A stretch of DNA of 64,000 nt from Candidatus Kaiserbacteria bacterium (GTDB lineage: Bacteria > Patescibacteriota > Minisyncoccia > Phycocordibacterales > UBA2100). The stretch covers positions 174,706-238,705 of the forward strand of contig JACPLC010000001.1 in NCBI GenBank assembly GCA_016186695.1, in the 5' to 3' direction. How positions within the stretch are numbered: position 1 is the first letter of the stretch; each line of letters begins with the position of its first letter. A program made the translations under genes and the position numbers. The notes beneath the pieces are model-generated. The model saw nothing but the letters and a program-made list of their open reading frames with translations, made no database searches and was not told the origin of the DNA. Positions 48,501 through 55,521 of this stretch are shown here, piece by piece.

Positions 48501-50268
48501 GTTAGTTCAGAACGACCTCAATGAAATCTCTACGTGGAAAGGGCGTCTTGAAACGGCTGTCAACGTAGCGAGTAAAGTATCAATTGCGGGGGACAGATTC
48601 GGCTCGACATTTGGAAATCCCGAGTTGGGTCGCCAAGCCTACGAGCAGGCGGTGGAGACTGTCAGACAAAACCTCAGGAAACCCGAAAATCAGGCGCAGA
48701 TCAATTCTGCAACTGAAAGAATCATGGGACCCGTAGGTCGATTGGCGGCGATTCCTTCGTACGAACCTAAGTCCTACGTCCCTCCGCCCTCGTCGGAACT
48801 TCAATTGGCTGCAAACCCCGGTGGCCCGACATTCGTGTTTACGGATCCGTACGAATCGACTTCCGACAGTCCACCACTCGACTTTTCTTCCGGAGCGGTT
48901 GCCCAAGAGACGCCTATTCCGCCGCTAAGTCTTGATTATGACGATTACGGATTGGCCGAAATCCGACAATACCAGGCCGAGCAAGCGGCATCCCAGTACG
49001 ATTCCTATGGCGACGAGGCAATTCGACAGTACTACGCCGAACAAATCAGAGAAAATCAGGAGGCCTACGTAGCATTCAGCAAAGTAGAGTTTCCCAAGAC
49101 TTGGCCGTATCCGATAAGCGAGATGCCCGACTACTTTGCGGAAAGTGGCCGCCCCACACCAGCGTTGTCCTTGCTCGACCAGTATGCAGAGGGTGGCGCG
49201 CCGGACTTGGCGCAGATCGCGCGCGACGCAGGGCTGGCACAGGAAGACTTGAGAGACTCAAGCTCTGGCCTGCTTTACCCTCCGGCTGAGAGTTCGGAAG
49301 AAAGAAAATGGCCGGTTCTCGTGTACACCGATCCAGACGCTGAATATAACGTAGCCGCGCAGAAAGCTGGGGAAGAACGTGCGATAGCTCTGGCGGACGC
49401 AGAAGAGAAATCCGCGTTCGATAGGTGGTACGAGAACCTTGTCTTGGATGGCAAATATGATCCGAGTCCATACGAAGTGCCGGCGGGAGCAGTCTCGCTT
49501 CCGGAGGAGATTTGGGATCGAGTAGCCCTCAATCGACCTTCGTCAGATCATGAGTCGGATGAACCATATCGACCCTCTTCCGAACCTGGGCGGGATGCGC
49601 CGAGCCCAGAATTTCTTAGGCAACAGGAACAAATTGCACTCGGCCTCAACCCATCTGAAGGATTCCAAAGGGGAGGTCTCGAGCCTGGCATTACTCCTAC
49701 CAAAGTTGTGCCTGAATTAGTATCGCGGCAAGTTCCAGAAAACATAGAATCGACGCAAGCCGATGGAACGCCAAAATCCCCTCTGTCGTTGGCTGCAGCG
49801 CAACCCTCGACAGCACCAACCAGATCTGCCGACGCGAAGCCTGTGGAGGCGCGCGCTCCGCTGCCGATCGAGGTCCCTACCGTTGGCGATGCGAAGACTC
49901 CATATGACTTGTGGGGGAAAGATCTGCCCTCCAAGGAAATTAGAAGCAAGTTGTACAACCAGCTTGCGGAGGAGGGATTTGTCAACGTCGAGCGCTACAC
50001 AGGAACGGGCGACCAGAACCGCGCTTTAATAGACGGCCTGAAAGAAAGACAGCAAGCGACTGCCGTTCCGAATCCCTATGCGCGCGCTCAGAAAGTCTAT
50101 TCGGAAGGAGATTCGATCGTTGACTTCTTGAGCGCAGGCAACATGAAGAGTGATTTTGGGAGCCGAAGATCGTTGTTCGACAGCGTGGTTGGCTACGGTA
50201 CGTATACCGGCACGGCGTCACAAAACCAAGCGCTTCTTGAACTCTTACGCAAGAGAGGAGATCAGTAA
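45550..50268 (+). CDS. Large secreted protein (1572 aa): Cys-rich N-terminus, RlpA/3D-like barrel, internal repeats, coiled coil, two C-terminal DUF3597-like modules
   Basis: Signal peptide; 8 N-terminal Cys; STHY..TGSG..FD..TIA...PMGT..EWG....GIDI; 5x DESQRT; SIVDFL..SDFGSR..YTGTASQN..LL. Confidence 0.75.
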   Translation: MPSSRVAAGVFLLAPLFLAAVLVPLLADAAGDVCDTASEAAKGKVTNDCIACITVVENGQQVKKEVGAICKVTGGGDKTAANCVPGTSPTNPPPGTCKTKYCVGTKCFDANLTTKPTEGSWIPQNTSDLSKLHNDLSWGGVSVSPISSDQSPIPDKSFFDSAQYSGSDFQGADPFSQPDATSKYLQDLQDQVDRAQANTPNPSLNQPAEPTNYIQEALRRLGVSFPGLDEQAAQLEAVSDKSQLEQMAKQQPVPTQSTGFTASEIDTKPPAEPAWFDSARRWIAQQLGIGAEAAVPRLVPDGKGGYRLAPGTNFSEADKNPPRSSANQIQGLDGPAVYKSTHYKNPSGLTGSGAKFDDITIACNACPMGTSGQLDFLDKSGNVVYSKQMVVKEWGDLQPGVGIDINTQTVRDAQAKTGIPFLQEGVTGTTHSGGVRFTPEAVFQGRIPGDGWYADRAAVQVAEQYANARNAGYSPAEAISQLTSGQVTYKSAYVFGSEVPSPFTLASAAPAPSDSYAPSWIASTPGFIAANTAGSPDVSPFSATYDITSYGPAAPPASESYLPSWIASIPGFDSGVPSYVTPFSPSADIAEYELSPEYFGPSGAENISVVLPDQFPDSLMHGDTAEAMRLIEEGALGKLPEPQIVAQLSGGTTRGIGLLRSDASGLPANFDSSAFDSGVSLTQEEVQTALDTAEATRLAESDALASGFPGLTPLTPQEISDAYERYGKEQARLALEGYKAQDLALDTGSGISYPIDWDKLAFTDSGFDKPQDFAGITADESQRTTRDLANFTIDESQRTAPSTPYDVAGVNADEFQRTSQDLAAITEDESQRTARQEPDLRGITEDESQRTAPQESKVADLTKCASESCVGGEIIGDERSVPLTDEQLAAKVAAEEERIFNEEQARLAQIVEKAQKAGDDVKAAAEKVKAAGKDFLAGGSPQGLIDAGNELKAKVAEYEKAYKELKSSGVLSSSELKKIDADRALVQNDLNEISTWKGRLETAVNVASKVSIAGDRFGSTFGNPELGRQAYEQAVETVRQNLRKPENQAQINSATERIMGPVGRLAAIPSYEPKSYVPPPSSELQLAANPGGPTFVFTDPYESTSDSPPLDFSSGAVAQETPIPPLSLDYDDYGLAEIRQYQAEQAASQYDSYGDEAIRQYYAEQIRENQEAYVAFSKVEFPKTWPYPISEMPDYFAESGRPTPALSLLDQYAEGGAPDLAQIARDAGLAQEDLRDSSSGLLYPPAESSEERKWPVLVYTDPDAEYNVAAQKAGEERAIALADAEEKSAFDRWYENLVLDGKYDPSPYEVPAGAVSLPEEIWDRVALNRPSSDHESDEPYRPSSEPGRDAPSPEFLRQQEQIALGLNPSEGFQRGGLEPGITPTKVVPELVSRQVPENIESTQADGTPKSPLSLAAAQPSTAPTRSADAKPVEARAPLPIEVPTVGDAKTPYDLWGKDLPSKEIRSKLYNQLAEEGFVNVERYTGTGDQNRALIDGLKERQQATAVPNPYARAQKVYSEGDSIVDFLSAGNMKSDFGSRRSLFDSVVGYGTYTGTASQNQALLELLRKRGDQ

Positions 50269-50345
50269 AATCGCTGCGAGTGGGCCGAGGGGTGCTATAC
50301 CCCGTGAGGTGACGCGGGCTATCTCATGGGTTATACTGGCTGTCT

Positions 50346-50909
50346 ATGACGACGACAGGGTGGATTATTTTTGGGATCGTGGCGGTGGGTGTGCTCTGGG
50401 TCATCTGGGCATACAATCGTTTCGTACAGCTTACCAATCGCTCGGAGGAGGCATGGTCTGACATCGACGTGCAGCTGAAGCGCCGCTACGACCTCATTCC
50501 AAATATCGTCGAGACGGTGAAAGGCTACATGCAGCACGAGGCGGGAACGCTCCAGAAGGTGACTGATGCCCGCACAAAGGCAATGGGTGCGCAGAGTGTC
50601 GGCGAGCACGCAGCCGCCGAGAACATGCTCACGGGTGCGCTGAAGACCCTGTTTGCGGTCGCAGAAAATTATCCCAACCTGAAGGCGAACGAGAACTTCG
50701 TAGAGCTCCAGCGAGAGCTTTCGGATACCGAGAACAAAATTCAGGCGGCACGTCGCTTCTACAACAGCGTCGTGATTGATCTGCAAAACGCACTCGAACA
50801 ATTTCCCACGAATCTCATCGGCAATACGTTTGGCTTCAAGACGCGCGAATTCTTCCAGCTCGAGGCAGGGGAGGAGGCTGCGCGCCAGCCGGTCAAGGTT
50901 AGTTTCTAG
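50346..50909 (+). CDS. lemA: LemA family protein
   Basis: YN..V..AWSDIDVQLKRRYDLIPN; ENYPNLKANENF; ARRFYN; FPTN. Confidence 0.95.
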   Translation: MTTTGWIIFGIVAVGVLWVIWAYNRFVQLTNRSEEAWSDIDVQLKRRYDLIPNIVETVKGYMQHEAGTLQKVTDARTKAMGAQSVGEHAAAENMLTGALKTLFAVAENYPNLKANENFVELQRELSDTENKIQAARRFYNSVVIDLQNALEQFPTNLIGNTFGFKTREFFQLEAGEEAARQPVKVSF

Positions 50910-51600
50910 TAAGTCTCTTCGGGAGCGGGGGTGGATCAGCGTAGAACGTGTGTTTGCCAACCTCGCCCACGCGGACCAATGAGCGGAACATTGCTTTCGT
51001 CTTTTCACTCATGTGCGGATGAGGAGTCATCGCAAACTCATCCCAATCGGTGCGCTTATAGTAGTACGTACGTATCGGGATGCCAGTCAGCTTCGAAAAT
51101 TCTTGCACTACGTACGCAGGATCTTTTCCCTTAATGCGGCGGGCAAATATTGCCTTGAGTTCCGCGAGATCGTGCAACTCTTTTTGTGTGAGCGGAGGTG
51201 GCTCCTTAGTCCAAGAGAACTGATTCTTTGCAAACACCACTGCCGGAATTGTTGAACCGAATCGCTTCGAGAGAAGGCGCGCGAGCGTTACTTGGGCAAC
51301 CGCGAGCTGCCCTTTGGGCGATTCGCTGCGAGCCTCATAAAAAACATTCTCAGCGAGTACGTCGGTATCGAGAAAGGAGAGGTTTTCAGATTGCGCCTGC
51401 GGGGCCGATAGCGATCTGATGCTGATAGATTGTGCCGCTCCCTCACTTGGGGCGGCGCTCAGCGCTGCCGCTGTAAGCGCGATGCGCGCTCCTTTTTTCA
51501 TGTCTTCTGCTGTCGGCGGTTTTCCGGATGAGGTCTCGTCAGTGACGAATGCCTTGGCAAGGTCTTTGAGATTCTTCGGACGCTCCGGCTCCATTCTCAT
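50899..51600 (-). CDS. Cell wall hydrolase (SleB/Hydrolase_2 family)
   Basis: LAENVFYEARSE..GQLAVAQV..R; VVF..NQFSW; VGKHTFY; start placed at MRMEPER. Confidence 0.85.
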   Translation of the reverse strand: MRMEPERPKNLKDLAKAFVTDETSSGKPPTAEDMKKGARIALTAAALSAAPSEGAAQSISIRSLSAPQAQSENLSFLDTDVLAENVFYEARSESPKGQLAVAQVTLARLLSKRFGSTIPAVVFAKNQFSWTKEPPPLTQKELHDLAELKAIFARRIKGKDPAYVVQEFSKLTGIPIRTYYYKRTDWDEFAMTPHPHMSEKTKAMFRSLVRVGEVGKHTFYADPPPLPKRLTRN

Positions 51601-51672
51601 TTCCACTCGTCCAGTATACCGCGTTGCTTCATGCTGGATTCCGATACTCCTTTCCAGTATCATTGCTTGCCT

Positions 51673-52563
51673 ATGGCTTCTCTCTACACGGAACAAGGAA
51701 AAAACATCCGCCGCACGTGGCTTTTGATGACAGTTTTTCTCGTCATGATCATTGCGATCGGCTACTTCATCGGCTGGTATCTGAATGACCCCTCGATTCT
51801 CTACATCGCTATCGTCTTCTCGCTCTTTATGAATGTCACCGCCTACTGGTTCTCCGACAAGGTAGCGCTTGCCGCGACGGGCGCGAAGGAAGCCGACGAG
51901 CGGCAATATCGCGAGCTGCATCGCGTTCTCGAAAACCTTGCGATTACCGCGGGCCTCCCGAAGCCGCGACTCTACGTGATAGACGATCCTGCACCAAATG
52001 CATTTGCTGCCGGAAGAAATCCGAAGCACGCGGTTGTTGCGGTGACCACCGGCCTTCTTTCGCAGCTCGAACGTTCGGAATTGGAAGGGGTCATCGCGCA
52101 TGAACTCTCACACGTCGGGAATCGCGACATCTTGGTAATGACGGTCGCGGTTGTGCTTGCGGGATTCATCGCGATCATCGCTGACATCTTTCTGCGGGTG
52201 AGCTTCTTCGGGGGCAATAATCGCGAGGGGAGAAATCCGATTCTTGCAATAGCGGGAATTGTTGCCATCATTCTTGCGCCGTTTGCTGCACAGCTCATCC
52301 AGCTTGCAGTCTCACGCAAACGTGAGTTTTTGGCGGATGCTTCCGGCGCGCTCCTCACACGCTATCCCGACGCACTCGCTTCTGCGCTTCAGAAGATAAG
52401 TTCGTACCAAGCGCCGATGCGCCGTGCGAACCATGCGACCGCGCACCTCTTCATCTCAAACCCCTTTGGTGCACACGAAGCAGGAAAATTCATCGCAAGA
52501 ATTTTCTCGACTCACCCGCCGGTAGAGGAACGCATCGCCGCGCTCACGCAGATGCGAGTCTAG
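51673..52563 (+). CDS. htpX: Zinc metalloprotease HtpX (M48)
   Basis: PNAFAAG; AVTTGLL; ELEGVIAHELSH; SRKREFLAD; FSTHPP. Confidence 0.95.
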   Translation: MASLYTEQGKNIRRTWLLMTVFLVMIIAIGYFIGWYLNDPSILYIAIVFSLFMNVTAYWFSDKVALAATGAKEADERQYRELHRVLENLAITAGLPKPRLYVIDDPAPNAFAAGRNPKHAVVAVTTGLLSQLERSELEGVIAHELSHVGNRDILVMTVAVVLAGFIAIIADIFLRVSFFGGNNREGRNPILAIAGIVAIILAPFAAQLIQLAVSRKREFLADASGALLTRYPDALASALQKISSYQAPMRRANHATAHLFISNPFGAHEAGKFIARIFSTHPPVEERIAALTQMRV

Positions 52564-52599
52564 TTTTTTTGGAACCGATGTCTATGCGATATGTTCAAT

Positions 52600-52617
52600 A
52601 TGGCGATATATCGCCAT
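52600..52617. promoter_or_regulatory. Perfect 18-bp palindrome (operator-like), copy 1
   Basis: atggcgatatatcgccat is its own reverse complement. Confidence 0.6.
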
Positions 52618-52623
52618 GTCGAG

Positions 52624-53040
52624 TTAGCTAGGCTTCCGCCCTGTGCGCAACATATCGAGTCGTTTCTGATGTCTCGGGCCAGCTCTCGATGGAAGTCCTG
52701 CGGAGAGGAAGAGTTCAAGATAGTCCAGAAGAGAAAGATTCCTATTAAAGATACGGCAAAGAGGATCAAAGTGACCCGCGAGGAGTCTTCTATGAAGTCT
52801 TCGTACTGTTGACCGACTCACGTTTAGTGTTTGCTCGATGCGGTAGTACGACTCGTCCTTGTCCAGCATCAAGATAACTGCTAGCCGCTTTGCGAGCATG
52901 ATGCGCTCGGTTGACGTCAGGATTGAATATATTCGAGCCTTTCCACGAGTGGCGCTTGTGGAGAAGAGTGATCGCATGAAAGCTTCGACTATTTTTCGCT
53001 CAACACTCTGCGGAATCTTATATTTGGAAACATGGGTCAT
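52624..53040 (-). CDS. TrpR/YerC-YecD-like HTH regulator
   Basis: ILTSTERIMLAKRL...ML....SY..I...LNVS.STV.R. Confidence 0.8.
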   Translation of the reverse strand: MTHVSKYKIPQSVERKIVEAFMRSLFSTSATRGKARIYSILTSTERIMLAKRLAVILMLDKDESYYRIEQTLNVSRSTVRRLHRRLLAGHFDPLCRIFNRNLSLLDYLELFLSAGLPSRAGPRHQKRLDMLRTGRKPS

Positions 53041-53058
53041 ATGACGATATATCGCCAT
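53041..53058. promoter_or_regulatory. 18-bp palindrome, copy 2, abutting the start codon of the TrpR-like gene
   Basis: atgacgatatatcgccat, one mismatch to copy 1. Confidence 0.6.
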
Positions 53059-53112
53059 AGTACCATACATTCATTGAGCAAAGGGGTGAATCTCTATATA
53101 CTCTTTATGTAC

Positions 53113-53197
53113 GGAGGGTTCGCATAGTGGTCTAGTGCGCCGCTTTGGAGAAGCGGTGTGCCGCAAGGCACCGAGAGTTCGAATCTCTCACCCTCCG
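53113..53197 (+). tRNA. tRNA-Ser(GGA)
   Basis: Acceptor ggagggt/accctcc; anticodon arm ccgct-ttGGAga-agcgg; long variable arm; GTTCGAATC; CCA not encoded. Confidence 0.95.
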
Positions 53198-53204
53198 CCC
53201 CGAT

Positions 53205-53474
53205 ATGGAAGAACAGATTCAAAATCTAGAAAAAGAAATTGCTGCGCTCAAGGAGCGCAATCGGCGCGTGGAGGGAGACAAGGCGTGGGAGACGAGCTAC
53301 TTCAGGGTGAGCGTGGTAGCTATCATTGTCTACATCGTTGTTGCAATTTTCCTGTATGTCATTGGTGTGCAAAACTTTCTCCTTGCCGCACTCGTGCCAC
53401 CGGTCGGTTATTTTCTCTCAACGCGTTCGCTGCCGGCGATCAAGCGCTGGTGGATAAAAACTTTTTTGCAGTAG
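53205..53474 (+). CDS. Small membrane protein
   Basis: ERNRRVE.DKAWETS followed by two TMs. Confidence 0.7.
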   Translation: MEEQIQNLEKEIAALKERNRRVEGDKAWETSYFRVSVVAIIVYIVVAIFLYVIGVQNFLLAALVPPVGYFLSTRSLPAIKRWWIKTFLQ

Positions 53475-53483
53475 TTTCCGTCA

Positions 53484-54461
53484 TCAGTTGACGCCCATTT
53501 TTCTCTTTTTGAGGACAAAGACAATGCTGTCATCGACGGTTCCGAGCGGAAGATCAGTCTTCCATTTGAGGGGTTCTTTCGCGCCGGCTGGCGTATAGGT
53601 AATCGTTCCAGTCTCGTCGTTCATCGTTCCGCCGTTTTCCGTTGCTTCTTTGAGAAGCGCTTTATAATTGTCGAGCACCTGCTGCGTTTTTTCGCCCGTC
53701 GGTTTGTTTGCCGCATTGAGCGCATCGATTGCCTCCCGATAGGTAACCATCGTGCCGCCAGGAGGTAGCTTCTCCGAGGCGGCTTTGAACTCCGCATCCG
53801 TCTTTACTGCGTGTTCCCAGTAATCCTCACGCCGGCTTTTTTCGACCTGCGCTGCGGGCGCGCCTTTCTGGAGCGTGCCTATCGCTCTGAAATCGCCCGA
53901 ATTTTCAAGGATCTCTTTGGCCATCGGGCCCCGGCAAAGCAGAAGGCCCCCCGCTGCGATGTTTCTGCAGAATTTCCATGTTGCTTCCGCACTCTCGTCG
54001 TAGAAAGCGAACATGACGTCTACACGATCGTCCATGAGGTGCGTCTCCGGATCACACTTCTTGGTCGGCACGCCGAGTTTCTCCATTGCGTCGGCTTCCG
54101 CTTGTGTCTCGACGAGTCCGAAGATATCCGCGTTCTTGAAGACGAACTGCGCCTCCACGTGTCGCCCCGGATTCACCACAGCCATCCTTGGTTGCTCCCC
54201 GAATTGCGCGAGCTCGCGCTTGTATTGGACACGAAAATCGTCGAGCAGTTTTACATTGCTCTTGAATATATTGAGATGCGGACCGCTGCCGAGTTTGCGA
54301 ACTGTATCGGGAATAGTTCCAAACTGTTTTTCGAATTCCTGTGTATCTTTATCTAAGTTGTCATTTACGGCATCACGCTCGAATTTCTTGTTGTCGTTCG
54401 CGATTTTGAACTGCGGCTCCGATGCAATGTGAATTTTTTGTTTCCGAAGCGGATCTGCCAT
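53484..54461 (-). CDS. Hypothetical protein
   Basis: Long ORF; TGcTATAAT 6 nt before ATG 54461. Confidence 0.65.
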   Translation of the reverse strand: MADPLRKQKIHIASEPQFKIANDNKKFERDAVNDNLDKDTQEFEKQFGTIPDTVRKLGSGPHLNIFKSNVKLLDDFRVQYKRELAQFGEQPRMAVVNPGRHVEAQFVFKNADIFGLVETQAEADAMEKLGVPTKKCDPETHLMDDRVDVMFAFYDESAEATWKFCRNIAAGGLLLCRGPMAKEILENSGDFRAIGTLQKGAPAAQVEKSRREDYWEHAVKTDAEFKAASEKLPPGGTMVTYREAIDALNAANKPTGEKTQQVLDNYKALLKEATENGGTMNDETGTITYTPAGAKEPLKWKTDLPLGTVDDSIVFVLKKRKMGVN

Positions 54462-54540
54462 GCATAAATTATAGCAGAGAGAAATTTGCATGTGCACAAG
54501 GCCCGCTGGACGGGTCTAATCACTCAGATACCATGTATAC

Positions 54541-54945
54541 ATGATCGAAGTCGAATTCCTGCCCATTTTTTTCGCGGGCGTTGTTTCAGTTGTCATCGGA
54601 TTCATTTGGTATCATCCGAAAGTATTCGGTTCCGCGTGGGTACGACTCACGAATCTTTCACCGGAGGCGGTTGAGAAAGGAAAGAAGCGGATGCCACTGA
54701 TGGCATTCATCGGATTGTTCGCGAGCATGTTTGTGGCGTACGTGATGAATTACTTCGGCATCGCATGGGGTGTTTATGATGTGATAGGTGCGATCGAGCT
54801 CGGCTTTTGGTGTTGGATCGGATTTGTCGCGCCAACGATGCTCGGAATAGTTCTCTGGGAGCAGAAAGCATTCAAGCTCTACCTCATCAATTCGCTCTAT
54901 TGGCTGGTCTCATTCGTCATAATGGCGATCATCCTCGTATTTTGA
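54541..54945 (+). CDS. DUF1761 family membrane protein
   Basis: IGFIWYHP..FG..W; four TMs; LYLINSLY. Confidence 0.8.
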   Translation: MIEVEFLPIFFAGVVSVVIGFIWYHPKVFGSAWVRLTNLSPEAVEKGKKRMPLMAFIGLFASMFVAYVMNYFGIAWGVYDVIGAIELGFWCWIGFVAPTMLGIVLWEQKAFKLYLINSLYWLVSFVIMAIILVF

Positions 54946-54957
54946 TTTAATAGCGGG

Positions 54958-55437
54958 ATGAAACGAACCATAACGATCGCGCTCATCCTCGCCGCGTGCG
55001 CGTTCCTCATTTCGCTCATATACGTTGAGCTCCCATTCTCTTCTCCGAGCGGCGACTCCGTCGCGAACGAACAGCTGCTGTCAGCTTCATCGACCATCCA
55101 GATAAAGGATCGTACCATCAGGGTCGAGATCGCAGATACTTCCGGCGAGCGGGAGAGGGGACTAAGTGGGAAAGAGGGACTCGCGGAAGATGAAGGGATG
55201 CTTTTTGTTTTTGAAGAAGACGGTCGCCCCGCGTTTTGGATGAAGGACATGCTCTTTGCTATTGACATCCTATGGATTTCCTCCGATGGTGCAATAGTCC
55301 ATATCGAAGAAAATGTCGCGCCGGAAACATATCCGACTGCGTTTGCTCCGAGAAACGAGGCGAGATACGTAGTAGAGCTTCCCGCAGGGTACGTAGCAAA
55401 GTATACTGTGCGACCCGGCGACATTGTGCGACTCTAG
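54958..55437 (+). CDS. DUF192 family protein
   Basis: VEIADT..ERERGLS; GMLFVF; FWMKDM.F.IDILWI; YVVELPAG. Confidence 0.9.
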   Translation: MKRTITIALILAACAFLISLIYVELPFSSPSGDSVANEQLLSASSTIQIKDRTIRVEIADTSGERERGLSGKEGLAEDEGMLFVFEEDGRPAFWMKDMLFAIDILWISSDGAIVHIEENVAPETYPTAFAPRNEARYVVELPAGYVAKYTVRPGDIVRL

Positions 55438-55521
55438 GATCCGGCAGGCAGGGTTTTCCACAGCTCGCTGAATAGAAATCTTTGAAAAGGCGGGGGTACA
55501 ATGGACGTCCGTTAAAAACTA

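Noticed and set aside
51601-52101. N-terminal half of the 400-aa minus-strand ORF
   Set aside because: Overlaps htpX antisense; the real hydrolase gene starts near 51600
53113-54461. Prophage or integrative element at tRNA-Ser
   Set aside because: No integrase and no duplicated tRNA 3' end seen in the window
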